Assembly: GCA_027622495.1 (NCBI GenBank)
Contig: JAQBYL010000001.1
Location: forward strand, 1 to 55,109
Origin: Pseudomonadota bacterium
Lineage (GTDB): Bacteria; Pseudomonadota; Gammaproteobacteria; Pseudomonadales; Azotimanducaceae
Length of the DNA: 55,109 nt
Direction: 5' to 3'
Part shown: one piece after another, positions 27,732 to 36,156 of the stretch
How positions within the stretch are numbered: position 1 is the stretch's first letter
Layout: the number at the start of each line of letters is the position of its first letter
Position numbers and translations under genes: made by a program
Notes under the pieces: generated by a model
What the model saw: only the letters and a program-made list of their open reading frames with translations
Database searches by the model: none
Told to the model about the DNA's origin: nothing

Positions 27732-29034
27732 ATGCACATGGAAGAACTCGACCCTTTACGGATTACCCGCGACCGATTTGATCACGCTGCCAGTTTTGTA
27801 CCTGGTTTGAGAAAAGGGCTGATCGATTTTTTTAAGGCACCCAAACGAACCATCAGCGTTTGCTTCCCTGTGGAAATTGGACGATGGATCGGTGCGGACT
27901 TTTCAGGGCTATCGGGTGCTGCACAGCAACATTCTCGGTCCGGGAAAGGGCGGTATCCGCTATCACCCGGATGTGGATCGACATGAGGTGATGTCTCTGG
28001 CGGCCCTCATGACCTGGAAATGTGCTCTGGTCAATCTTCCCTACGGTGGGGCCAAGGGTGGTGTTGCCTGCAATACCAAGGAGCTCAGTGAAGGTGAACT
28101 TCGGCGCATCACCCGGCGTTTTGTGGTTGAACTTGGTGACGACATTGGTCCGCACACCGACATACCTGCACCTGACATGTACACCAACGAACTCACTATG
28201 GCGTGGGTCTACGATACCTATCAGGCGTTACATCCGGGTGAAAATAACCGCGCCGTTGTAACCGGTAAGCCAATTGAACTCGGTGGATCTCTTGGACGAC
28301 GTGAGGCGACCGCCCGGGGTTGTCTGTTTGTTGTACAACGTTTTCTGGAACGCATGCAGATCGGTGCGCTTCCTTCTCTTGATGGAGCGAGAGTGGTTGT
28401 TCAGGGGTTTGGCAATGTCGGTGCGATCAGCGCGCAGTTATTTCGTGAAGTTGGCGCCAGGATTGTCGGTGTGAGCGATTCTACAGGTGGCATCGTTGAT
28501 GACCAGGTGTTAGACATAGAGGCAGTTCTCGCGCACAAAGCCGCTCATGGCACGGTTGTGGGTACGCCCGGTACACGCACCGTCAGTAATGAAGATCTGC
28601 TGTCAACGCAATGCGACATCCTCATACCCGCCGCGTTAGGTGCTGCCATCAACGCAGGCAATGCGGATCTCATTCGAACAAAACTTGTTGTAGAGGCTGC
28701 CAACGAGCCCGTTACGCCGGAGGCAGAAGAGATACTCGAAGCCAAAGGCATCTATGTTCTGCCTGACATCCTTGTAAATTCCGGTGGTGTGAGTGTCAGC
28801 TACTTCGAATGGGTCCAGAACCTCGCGAATGAGCGCTGGGAGCTGAGTCGGGTCAATCTGCAGCTGAGCGGGATGATGTCTGCTGCGGTAGACCGGGTTG
28901 TGGATCGCTGGCAGGAACTCAATCGATCAGCAATGCAAGACTCATCTGAGCCGGTCAATTTCCGAACTGCTGCGCTGGTGAGCGCCATTGATCTCGTCGC
29001 CCGGGTTACGCTGCAGCGTGGGGTGTGGCCGTAA
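27732..29034 (+). pseudogene. gdh: Glutamate dehydrogenase (Glu/Leu/Phe/Val dehydrogenase family) interrupted by a 1-nt frameshift
   Basis: The N-terminal 48 codons ('...PKRTISVCFPVE') are in the 27675 frame. The remainder ('DDGSVRTFQGYRVLHSNILGPGKGGIRYHP...MTWKCALVNLPYGGAKGG') is in the 27877 frame. The junction is at GAAATTGG (27873-27880), and removing one A restores 'FPVELDDGS'. Confidence 0.85.
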
Positions 29035-29107
29035 AGACGGTAGCTTAGTTGCCGGACCGGTTGAATTGGTCCTTAATTGTGGTCCACACAGCTGTAGCAC
29101 GACAGAC

Positions 29108-31486
29108 ATGAACGCGCTGAACGACATAAGAATTCTGGATCTCACAAGTGGTCCAGCCGGCGGAATTGCAACCATGATTCTGGCCGACTTCGGCGCGCAG
29201 GTGCTGACCATCGAACGCCCTGATGATGCGCTGGCCCACCTGCCTGCAGCGCGGATGTGGCGGCGCGGTAAACGGCTGCTGCAGCTTGATCTAGCGTCAG
29301 CCGAAGGTCTTAGTGATCTTCACCAACTCTGTGCAGGGGCTGATGTATTGATCTGTAACTGGCGCACAAGTGCACTCGTGCGCAAAGGTCTCGACTACGC
29401 GAGCATCAGCGTGCGGCATCCACATCTGGTATTCTGTCACATCAGTGGTTTTGGCAGCCACGGTCCGCGCGCAGATTACCCCGCATATGAACACCTTGTT
29501 GCTGCGTGTACCGGTCGCATGCGTCTGTTCGCCGGTTTGTGTGATCGTGAAGGACCAGTTTTTTCAGCGTTGCAGGTAGGGGTACACGCCACTTCGCAGT
29601 CAGCGGCTTCCGGTGTTCTGGCTGCTCTGTTCGCACGAAGAAAAGATGGCCGCGGGCGACTGGTAGAGACGAGTCTCCTGCAAGGGCTTCTGCCTTATGA
29701 GCAGGGAGCCATGCTGGCGCAACAGTTTCATGATCTGCATCCGGATCTCTATCCTGCCATGCAGTCCGCGACCCCACTGCCGCCGATGCCGAGCCTTTAC
29801 TATCATCCGGCCCAGGCAGGCGATGGTCGCTGGATGCAGTTCGGCAATCTGATGCCGCACCTCTTTGATCATTTTCTGATGGCCACAGACTTGATCGACA
29901 TCGTTGCTGATCCGGATTGGAACGCAACTCAGATGCTGCTGCCACCGGCAAAACATGAAGCGTTCCGCGAACGCATGTTGAAGCGTATACAAGAACGACC
30001 TGCAGATGATTGGATGTCTGACTTCATCGCCGACGGTGGGATTGTCGCGACAGCCCATCAGACTACACAACAGGCGCTCAATGACCCGGACATCGTTGCC
30101 AACGGCCATGTCATCAAACGCGATGACGGTGGGGTGCAACTGGGGCCGCTTTGCCGCCTTACCAGAACACCTGCTGTGCCGGGGTCGGACGCAATTGCAG
30201 ATGACGGTTTTGCGCAGGCGTGGCGATCTGATCCGCGCCCCGACCCTGCTGCATCTGGTGAACGTGGTCTGCCATTGGCCGGTGTGCGTGTTGTTGAACT
30301 GGCAACCATCATTGCCGCGCCACTTGGGGCGTCGTTTCTGGCTGACATGGGTGCGGACGTCATTAAGGTCGAACAGATTGGCGGGGATCCCTATCGCGGT
30401 CTGGGCCTCGGGATGGGTTCGGCGCGCGTCAACGCGGGCAAACGCAGCGTAAGCGTTGATCTCAAATCCGCGGCAGGCAAAGAAATTGTACTGGGGCTCA
30501 TCAAACAGGCAGATGTTCTGATCCACAACTTCCGCCCCGGTGTGCCTGAACGTCTGGGGATTGGTTATGCACAGGTCTGTGCGGTTAACCCATCGATCGT
30601 GTACCTGCAGAGCAATGGCTACGGCCCCGATGGTCCCGGTGCGCTGCGACCCAGCACTCATCCGGTTCCGGGTGCAGCCATGGGTGGGGTCATGTATCAG
30701 ATGCGCGAGGCGCTGCCGGAAGCGGTGCAGGACATGGAGGATTTACGCTTGTGGACCAGTCGCCTGATGCGCGCAAACGAAGTGAACCCGGATCCGAACA
30801 CCGCGATGGTGGTGTGCACATCGGTTCTGCTCGGTCTGCTGGCGCGGTCCAGCACGGGTGAAGGCCAGCAGATCCTGATCGACATGTTCGGCGCCAACGC
30901 CTACGCGAATCACGATGACTTTCTGGCTTACCCGGGTAAAAAATCACGCGCTATGGCCGACGAGTTGATGCATGGGCTCGCCCCCGGGTATCGCCTGTAT
31001 CCGGCTGCCGGCGGGCAATGGATTTTTCTTGCAGTGGTTAGCCGCAGAGAGCAGCGCAGGTTCGTTGATGCAGTGAAACAGGCAGGTTTTGAAGCGCCAC
31101 CAGATGATGCGTTCAATGGTGGTGGTGACGAGCTTGTTGCGCAGCTCACGGCGTTGTTTGCTCAGCGTGAGGGGCAGTACTGGGAAGATCTGCTCACGGT
31201 ATCTGGCGTTGGCTGTGTGCGGGCAGACGCGTGCCTGCCGAGTGAGTTCTGGCTTAAGGATCCGCAGTCACAGGCACTCGGCCTCACACAGTCGGTCTCC
31301 CATCCTCAGCTGGGCGAATACCGCCGTCATGGTACGAATGTGGTTTTCGATGGTGAGGTGGCAAACCTCAAACCACCGCCAAGTGCTGGTCAGCACAATA
31401 GCGAATTGCTTTCGCAACTCGGCTACAGTGCGGCGGAAATTGCGGCGTTTGAAGCCGACGGGACTATCTGGCGCGAAACCAGTTAG
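29108..31486 (+). CDS. Tandem-fused double family III CoA-transferase-like protein (793 aa)
   Basis: Two complete CaiB/BaiF-type modules are present. The first has 'IRILDLTSGPAGGIATMILADFGAQVLTIERP ... ISGFGSHGP'. The second has 'VRVVELATIIAAPLGASFLADMGADVIKVEQ ... SNGYGPDGP'. Confidence 0.85.
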   Translation: MNALNDIRILDLTSGPAGGIATMILADFGAQVLTIERPDDALAHLPAARMWRRGKRLLQLDLASAEGLSDLHQLCAGADVLICNWRTSALVRKGLDYASISVRHPHLVFCHISGFGSHGPRADYPAYEHLVAACTGRMRLFAGLCDREGPVFSALQVGVHATSQSAASGVLAALFARRKDGRGRLVETSLLQGLLPYEQGAMLAQQFHDLHPDLYPAMQSATPLPPMPSLYYHPAQAGDGRWMQFGNLMPHLFDHFLMATDLIDIVADPDWNATQMLLPPAKHEAFRERMLKRIQERPADDWMSDFIADGGIVATAHQTTQQALNDPDIVANGHVIKRDDGGVQLGPLCRLTRTPAVPGSDAIADDGFAQAWRSDPRPDPAASGERGLPLAGVRVVELATIIAAPLGASFLADMGADVIKVEQIGGDPYRGLGLGMGSARVNAGKRSVSVDLKSAAGKEIVLGLIKQADVLIHNFRPGVPERLGIGYAQVCAVNPSIVYLQSNGYGPDGPGALRPSTHPVPGAAMGGVMYQMREALPEAVQDMEDLRLWTSRLMRANEVNPDPNTAMVVCTSVLLGLLARSSTGEGQQILIDMFGANAYANHDDFLAYPGKKSRAMADELMHGLAPGYRLYPAAGGQWIFLAVVSRREQRRFVDAVKQAGFEAPPDDAFNGGGDELVAQLTALFAQREGQYWEDLLTVSGVGCVRADACLPSEFWLKDPQSQALGLTQSVSHPQLGEYRRHGTNVVFDGEVANLKPPPSAGQHNSELLSQLGYSAAEIAAFEADGTIWRETS

Positions 31487-31498
31487 TCAGACCAGAAT

Positions 31499-31522
31499 AG
31501 AAAACACGCTAGCGTGTTTTGC
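31499..31522. terminator. Bidirectional rho-independent terminator candidate
   Basis: Perfect 20-nt palindrome AAAACACGCT/AGCGTGTTTT (31501-31520), with an A-tract on one side and a T-tract on the other. It sits between convergent genes. The TAG stop of the minus-strand gene lies at the hairpin tip. Confidence 0.55.
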
Positions 31523-31982
31523 TGGTTTCTCGAATTTCGTAAACGGCAGTATTTTCAGCGACGGGCGCTAACCTGATGATGTACTTGTTCCCGGGATTGA
31601 AAACCTGCATCTGCTGCAGATCAAACTGAACCGACAGTTTGACGAACTGATTTTTGCCGCGGGCAATGTTGACGTTCACCTCCCGATCCGGTTCGCTCCA
31701 GTTCGATCCCGGGGTCAGACCAGTAGCCAGAATTTTGTGCGCACCTTGCGGCAGTTCGATCGCGAGGTACGAGTTGAACTTAAGCCCCCCTTTGGACACA
31801 CCATCTATAAGCATCGCCGGATACTTTGCCCGTAGCGGTTGTGCTCCCGGGTTGGATGCTTTGGGTCGATATATATAGAGCATGCCGTTGTCCGGGTTTG
31901 ACACAGGCTCGTAGGTAAACATCGGTGTCTGACAGGCGCCCATACAGGCGAGGGCAACAATCAGGATCAAGCGCAAAAACAT
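31509..31982 (-). CDS. Lipoprotein, DUF2846-like
   Basis: Lipobox 'LACMGAC'. The 'GMLYIYRPK' and 'MLIDGVSKGGLKFNSYLAIELPQGAHKI' pattern resembles DUF2846. Assigned from memory of the family. Confidence 0.55.
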   Translation of the reverse strand: MFLRLILIVALACMGACQTPMFTYEPVSNPDNGMLYIYRPKASNPGAQPLRAKYPAMLIDGVSKGGLKFNSYLAIELPQGAHKILATGLTPGSNWSEPDREVNVNIARGKNQFVKLSVQFDLQQMQVFNPGNKYIIRLAPVAENTAVYEIRETSKTR

Positions 31983-32008
31983 TGGTGTTTTCCTTTTGGT
32001 TCAGAGCC

Positions 32009-33613
32009 TCAGCGCAACCCGAAGACAAACAGCGTTTGACCGCCAATGATGGCCACCCGCTGCTGATCATCGATGGCGAAACCCATGGGGTTGGTGCGGA
32101 TGTGCGCACCGGTATTAAAACTCCACAACGGCGCACCGGAGGTCGCATCCAGCGCAAAGAAGTTTCCTTCGTTGGAGGAACTGAACACCAGGCCACCGGC
32201 AGTTGACATGATTCCGGACCAAGGGGGTGATCGCAGGACGAATTCCCACATCTGCTCACCGGTCAGGGCATTGAGGGCAAGGATTGCACCTGAGGCTTCA
32301 TCACCGGACAGAGCCTGTTCCCCGCCGCCCATGAAGGGCATGCCGGGCTGGTATTCTGCGTCGGCCTTGTAGTACACCGCACCCATGCGTCGATTCGGTA
32401 CAAAGAACTGCTGGGTATCCGGATTGTAGGAGGGCGAGAACCAGTTGGTCGCGCCCTGCAGGCTCGGCCATACCAGTGTCCCTTCTTCTGTGGGTTCCTT
32501 GTCGGGCAGCAGAATGGGTCTGCCGGTTGCATCAATGGCGGCTGCCCAGGTCTGTTTTGAATAGACCTGCGCCAGCAGGAACTCACCGGTGGCACGATCG
32601 ACCAGGTAGTAGAAGGCATTCCGATTGGCCAGGGCCAGCATCTTACGCATCTGCCCATTGACTACACCATCGATCAGAACCGGTATCTGGTTAGCATCCC
32701 AGTCGTGTGTGTCGTGTGGCGTGTACTGAAAGTGCCAGTGAATTGCGCCGGTTTGCGGATTCAGGGCAAGAACCGAACAGGTATACAGGTTATCTCCAGG
32801 TCGCAGATCCCCGTTCCAGTCCGGTGCGGGATTGCCCGTGGTCCAGTAGAGCAGGTTCAGATCCGGGTCGAAAGAACCGGTCAGCCAGGTCGACCCGCCG
32901 CCTGTCCGCCAGCTTTCACCCTGCCAGGTTTCACTGCCTGGCTCTCCCGGTGCGGGAACGGTATAGGTTCGCCACACCCGTTCACCGGTTCGTGCGTCAT
33001 AGGCATCAATAAAGGCACGCACACCGGCTTCGGCGCCGCTGACACCGACAATGATTCTGTCTTCAACAACCAATGGTGCCGTGGTAATCGAGAAACCGAT
33101 CTTGTTGTCGGCAACGGTGGTTTCCCAGCGCACAGCGCCGCTGCCTGCATCCAGGGCGAAGAGGCGCGCATCCAGAGTGCCCACATACAACGTGTTATCG
33201 AGGATGGCTACACCACGGTTGACCTTGGGAAAGCCGATATGCAGAACGTCTTCGGAAATGTCCGGCGACCAGTGCCATAACAACCTGCCGGTCCGGGCGT
33301 CCAGCGCGGTCACACTGCTCGGGGATTCCGTCAGATACATGATTCCGTCGGCAACCAGCGGCGTACTCTCCTGCAGACCCGCCCCTTCCCTGTCGGTGGG
33401 CTGCATCTGGTATGCCCACATGACTTTCAGATCTTTAACATTGCCGGTGTTCATCTGATCCATGGGTGAAAAACGCATGGATTTATAGCCGCCTGAATAA
33501 GACAGCCAATCTGCACCATTCGCCTCATCAGCGAGCAGACGCTGGTAGGGCACCGCCGCATAGACAAGCTGGCAAACAGTAAGTAGGACGATGGCCAGGG
33601 TGATTCTCGACAT
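32009..33613 (-). CDS. PQQ-dependent dehydrogenase, methanol/ethanol-family-like 8-bladed propeller, no haem domain
   Basis: Signal peptide is present. 'SGAEAGVRAFIDAYDARTGE', 'GGGSTW', 'TTGNPAPDWN...RPGDNLYT' and 'YTPHDTHDWDANQ' are present. W-repeat propeller motifs run throughout. The start overlaps the cytochrome c stop (TAATG). Confidence 0.85.
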   Translation of the reverse strand: MSRITLAIVLLTVCQLVYAAVPYQRLLADEANGADWLSYSGGYKSMRFSPMDQMNTGNVKDLKVMWAYQMQPTDREGAGLQESTPLVADGIMYLTESPSSVTALDARTGRLLWHWSPDISEDVLHIGFPKVNRGVAILDNTLYVGTLDARLFALDAGSGAVRWETTVADNKIGFSITTAPLVVEDRIIVGVSGAEAGVRAFIDAYDARTGERVWRTYTVPAPGEPGSETWQGESWRTGGGSTWLTGSFDPDLNLLYWTTGNPAPDWNGDLRPGDNLYTCSVLALNPQTGAIHWHFQYTPHDTHDWDANQIPVLIDGVVNGQMRKMLALANRNAFYYLVDRATGEFLLAQVYSKQTWAAAIDATGRPILLPDKEPTEEGTLVWPSLQGATNWFSPSYNPDTQQFFVPNRRMGAVYYKADAEYQPGMPFMGGGEQALSGDEASGAILALNALTGEQMWEFVLRSPPWSGIMSTAGGLVFSSSNEGNFFALDATSGAPLWSFNTGAHIRTNPMGFAIDDQQRVAIIGGQTLFVFGLR

Positions 33614-34428
33614 TACCTGCTCCCTTTCAGACTCATGAGGTAAGACGCCAGGTCGTCTACCTCGTCAGCGCTGAAAACAGTTGTGTAGCCCGGCATCAGA
33701 CTGTGGCCGAAGGCCTTCTTGAATGAACGCAATGTATGTTTGTCGAACGAGTGAATGGATCCCGCAAGGTCACGTATCTGCACCGAGAATTCGTCTTCGT
33801 TGACGCGCATGCCTTCGATCTCACCGGTGGGGCCGACCACCTGAACTGTCAGGAACGCATTGATCCGGCCGCTCATTCGATCTGTGCGCATGGGGTAATC
33901 GGCATCGGGGTTGGTCAGTGATCGGCGCAGGTATTCAAGATTGCGTCGCAGACCAACCTCAGTGAGTTCCGGGCCAACGCCCTTGCCATCACCATTCACG
34001 ATATGACAGGCATTACAGCCGCCTCTGGTGGCGTAGAGGTCTGCGCTACGCTCTGGATTGCCGGGCATCTCCTCAACGGGCAACCGGCCGAGCGATCTGA
34101 CGTAACCGGCGATCTGCCACAGCTCCTGATCGTTGGGTCCGAACACGCCAGGCATGCCGGTACCCCGTATGCCTTCGCTGATCACGGCAAATAACTCGTC
34201 GTCATCATCCACGTGGACTAGTCTTGCACGCTTCAGGCTCGGGCCTTCTCCACCGTCGCCCAGCATGCCGTGGCAACGTGCACAGTGAATGCGAAACAGG
34301 CGTTGACCGGCGTCGATGTCCTGTTGCCCCATTGAAGCGATTGGCGAAGGTGTTGGCGAACTCACCTGTGATGCCTCGAGTGCCCACGCAGGAAACGCGA
34401 TGACCAGCAGTATCATGAGGCCGGCCAT
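33613..34428 (-). CDS. Dihaem c-type cytochrome
   Basis: Two CxxCH motifs ('CARCHG', 'CNACHI'), each followed by a Met-containing segment. Start chosen at the ATG at 34428 (MAGLMILLVIAFPAWA signal); the ORF is open up to 34500. Confidence 0.8.
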   Translation of the reverse strand: MAGLMILLVIAFPAWALEASQVSSPTPSPIASMGQQDIDAGQRLFRIHCARCHGMLGDGGEGPSLKRARLVHVDDDDELFAVISEGIRGTGMPGVFGPNDQELWQIAGYVRSLGRLPVEEMPGNPERSADLYATRGGCNACHIVNGDGKGVGPELTEVGLRRNLEYLRRSLTNPDADYPMRTDRMSGRINAFLTVQVVGPTGEIEGMRVNEDEFSVQIRDLAGSIHSFDKHTLRSFKKAFGHSLMPGYTTVFSADEVDDLASYLMSLKGSR

Positions 34429-34599
34429 GAGCGTGGGGCTTGTGAATCGGTCGAGCGGGATCACCAGGCTCTTTCCATATGCAGGGTTGCAAACTTGCAT
34501 TTAAGTTTTGACCTTGTCAATTCGCGCGGCCGGGCTGCTTGCAGCCTGATTCCAGTTCGATGGATACTGACCAGACCAACCGCGTGAAAGGTGCCTTCA

Positions 34600-35700
34600 A
34601 TGGCAGAAGCAATCTCCTCAAGGCAGGAAAAGTATAACGATGTGGCTGCTCGATATGCCCGGCAGTTACACCAGTTGAGGCGCTCGGCGCGGCAGAAACT
34701 TGAACCGGTGGAGCACTCACCTGAGCAGCTTTTTCCGCCGCAGAACAGAGCCGGTCTCGGGGTATTTCTTGAGTACCAGCGGATGGGTAATACACCGGTT
34801 TCGGATCAGCTCGAGGCTCGTGCAAAAAATCTTGGCATCGAGTTCGAACATCTTGGAATCACCGTTGGCACGGTCATTCACAATATCGATCTCAAACAGA
34901 CGCTCAATGTTGAGCTCACCCGGTTCGTTCGGGATACGCTGCTGGAGCGCAAGGTCATTTTCTTTCGGGATCAGAGTCTGAGCGAAGATCAGCAGGTTGC
35001 GTTTGGTGCAGAGTTTGGCGATCTCGATGTTTTTCCTTTCGGTAAATCGGGGGACAATCCCTACATCCTCGAGATCAGACACGGCAAGGACAGTCCCGGA
35101 ACCGAAAACGGCTGGCATACCGATGTCACCTGGATGGAACGTCCTTCACTGGGGTCCATCGCACAGTGTGTCGAAGTCCCACCGGTGGGGGGCGATACGC
35201 TCTTCTCAGACAGTCACGCGGCGTATCTCGGGCTCGATCCGTCTTTGCAGGAACGCATCGAACACCTGCATGGAATCAATGACTACCGGATATTTCTCGC
35301 TGGCCGCCTGCCCGATGATTTCGTCGAATCGATCAAGTCGGATCTACCGTTCGGGGTGAGCCATCCGCTGCTGCGGACCCATCCGGAAACCGGCAAAACA
35401 GCGCTCTATATCCATGGTGGTTTCCTGAGGCACGATTCGCTCTACGACGTCCGCACCGGTGAAACACTGCCGAAATCCGAATCCCAGGCGATCGTCTCGC
35501 AACTGCTTGCGCAACATCACCGGCCCGAATATGTCTGCCGCTTCCAGTGGCAGCCGGGATCGGTGGCATTCTGGGACAACCGTGCGGTGCAGCACTATGC
35601 CGCCAGTGATTACTATCCACATGAGCGCCTGTTGAGAAGAGTGACGGTCAGCGGTGACAAGCCGTTTTATGATCCGTCGTATCAGCCTTCAGCACTCTGA
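34600..35700 (+). CDS. TauD/TfdA family Fe(II)/2-oxoglutarate dioxygenase
   Basis: 'WHTDVTWMERPSLGSIAQCVEVPPVGGDTLFSD' (HxD), 'HPLLRTHPETGKTALYI' and 'WDNRAVQHYA' are present. The N-terminal extension of about 70 aa is unusual and the start is uncertain (GTG 34591 or ATG 34600). Confidence 0.85.
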   Translation: MAEAISSRQEKYNDVAARYARQLHQLRRSARQKLEPVEHSPEQLFPPQNRAGLGVFLEYQRMGNTPVSDQLEARAKNLGIEFEHLGITVGTVIHNIDLKQTLNVELTRFVRDTLLERKVIFFRDQSLSEDQQVAFGAEFGDLDVFPFGKSGDNPYILEIRHGKDSPGTENGWHTDVTWMERPSLGSIAQCVEVPPVGGDTLFSDSHAAYLGLDPSLQERIEHLHGINDYRIFLAGRLPDDFVESIKSDLPFGVSHPLLRTHPETGKTALYIHGGFLRHDSLYDVRTGETLPKSESQAIVSQLLAQHHRPEYVCRFQWQPGSVAFWDNRAVQHYAASDYYPHERLLRRVTVSGDKPFYDPSYQPSAL

Positions 35701-35739
35701 GCCCCTTTAAACAAACAAACAACCTAACGGAGAAGACTT

Positions 35740-36156
35740 ATGGCTATGTCCAAGCCCGATCGCGAAGCATTTCTTGCCGGTGGACATGTAGGGATCGTCA
35801 GCATCGCACGCGAAGGCAAGGGTCCGCTGACAGTTCCGATCTGGTACGACTACCAACCAGGCGGTGATGTGTGGATGTTGACCGGGCCAGATTCGCTCAA
35901 AGGTCGCGCGCTGCAAAGTGCCAAACGCATCAGTCTGTGTGCGCAGGATGAGAGCCTCCCGTACAAATACGTATCTGTTGAAGGACCCTTTGTAATCGGT
36001 CCCGCAAGTGCCGGGCAGCTTTTAAGCATGGCGCAACGTTATCTTGGTGAGGAGATGGGCAAAGCCTATGCGTCGAACTCAACAGGTGATGACAGTGTTC
36101 TGGTGACGCTGACGCCTGAAGTCTGGTACAGCGTTGCCTATCCAGAGCTGGTGTGA
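35740..36156 (+). CDS. Pyridoxamine 5'-phosphate oxidase (PPOX)-fold, possibly F420/FMN-binding, small protein
   Basis: 138 aa. The 'REAFLAGGHVGIVSIAREGKGPLTVPIWYDY...VWMLTG' pattern is that of split-barrel PPOX-class proteins. Confidence 0.65.
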   Translation: MAMSKPDREAFLAGGHVGIVSIAREGKGPLTVPIWYDYQPGGDVWMLTGPDSLKGRALQSAKRISLCAQDESLPYKYVSVEGPFVIGPASAGQLLSMAQRYLGEEMGKAYASNSTGDDSVLVTLTPEVWYSVAYPELV

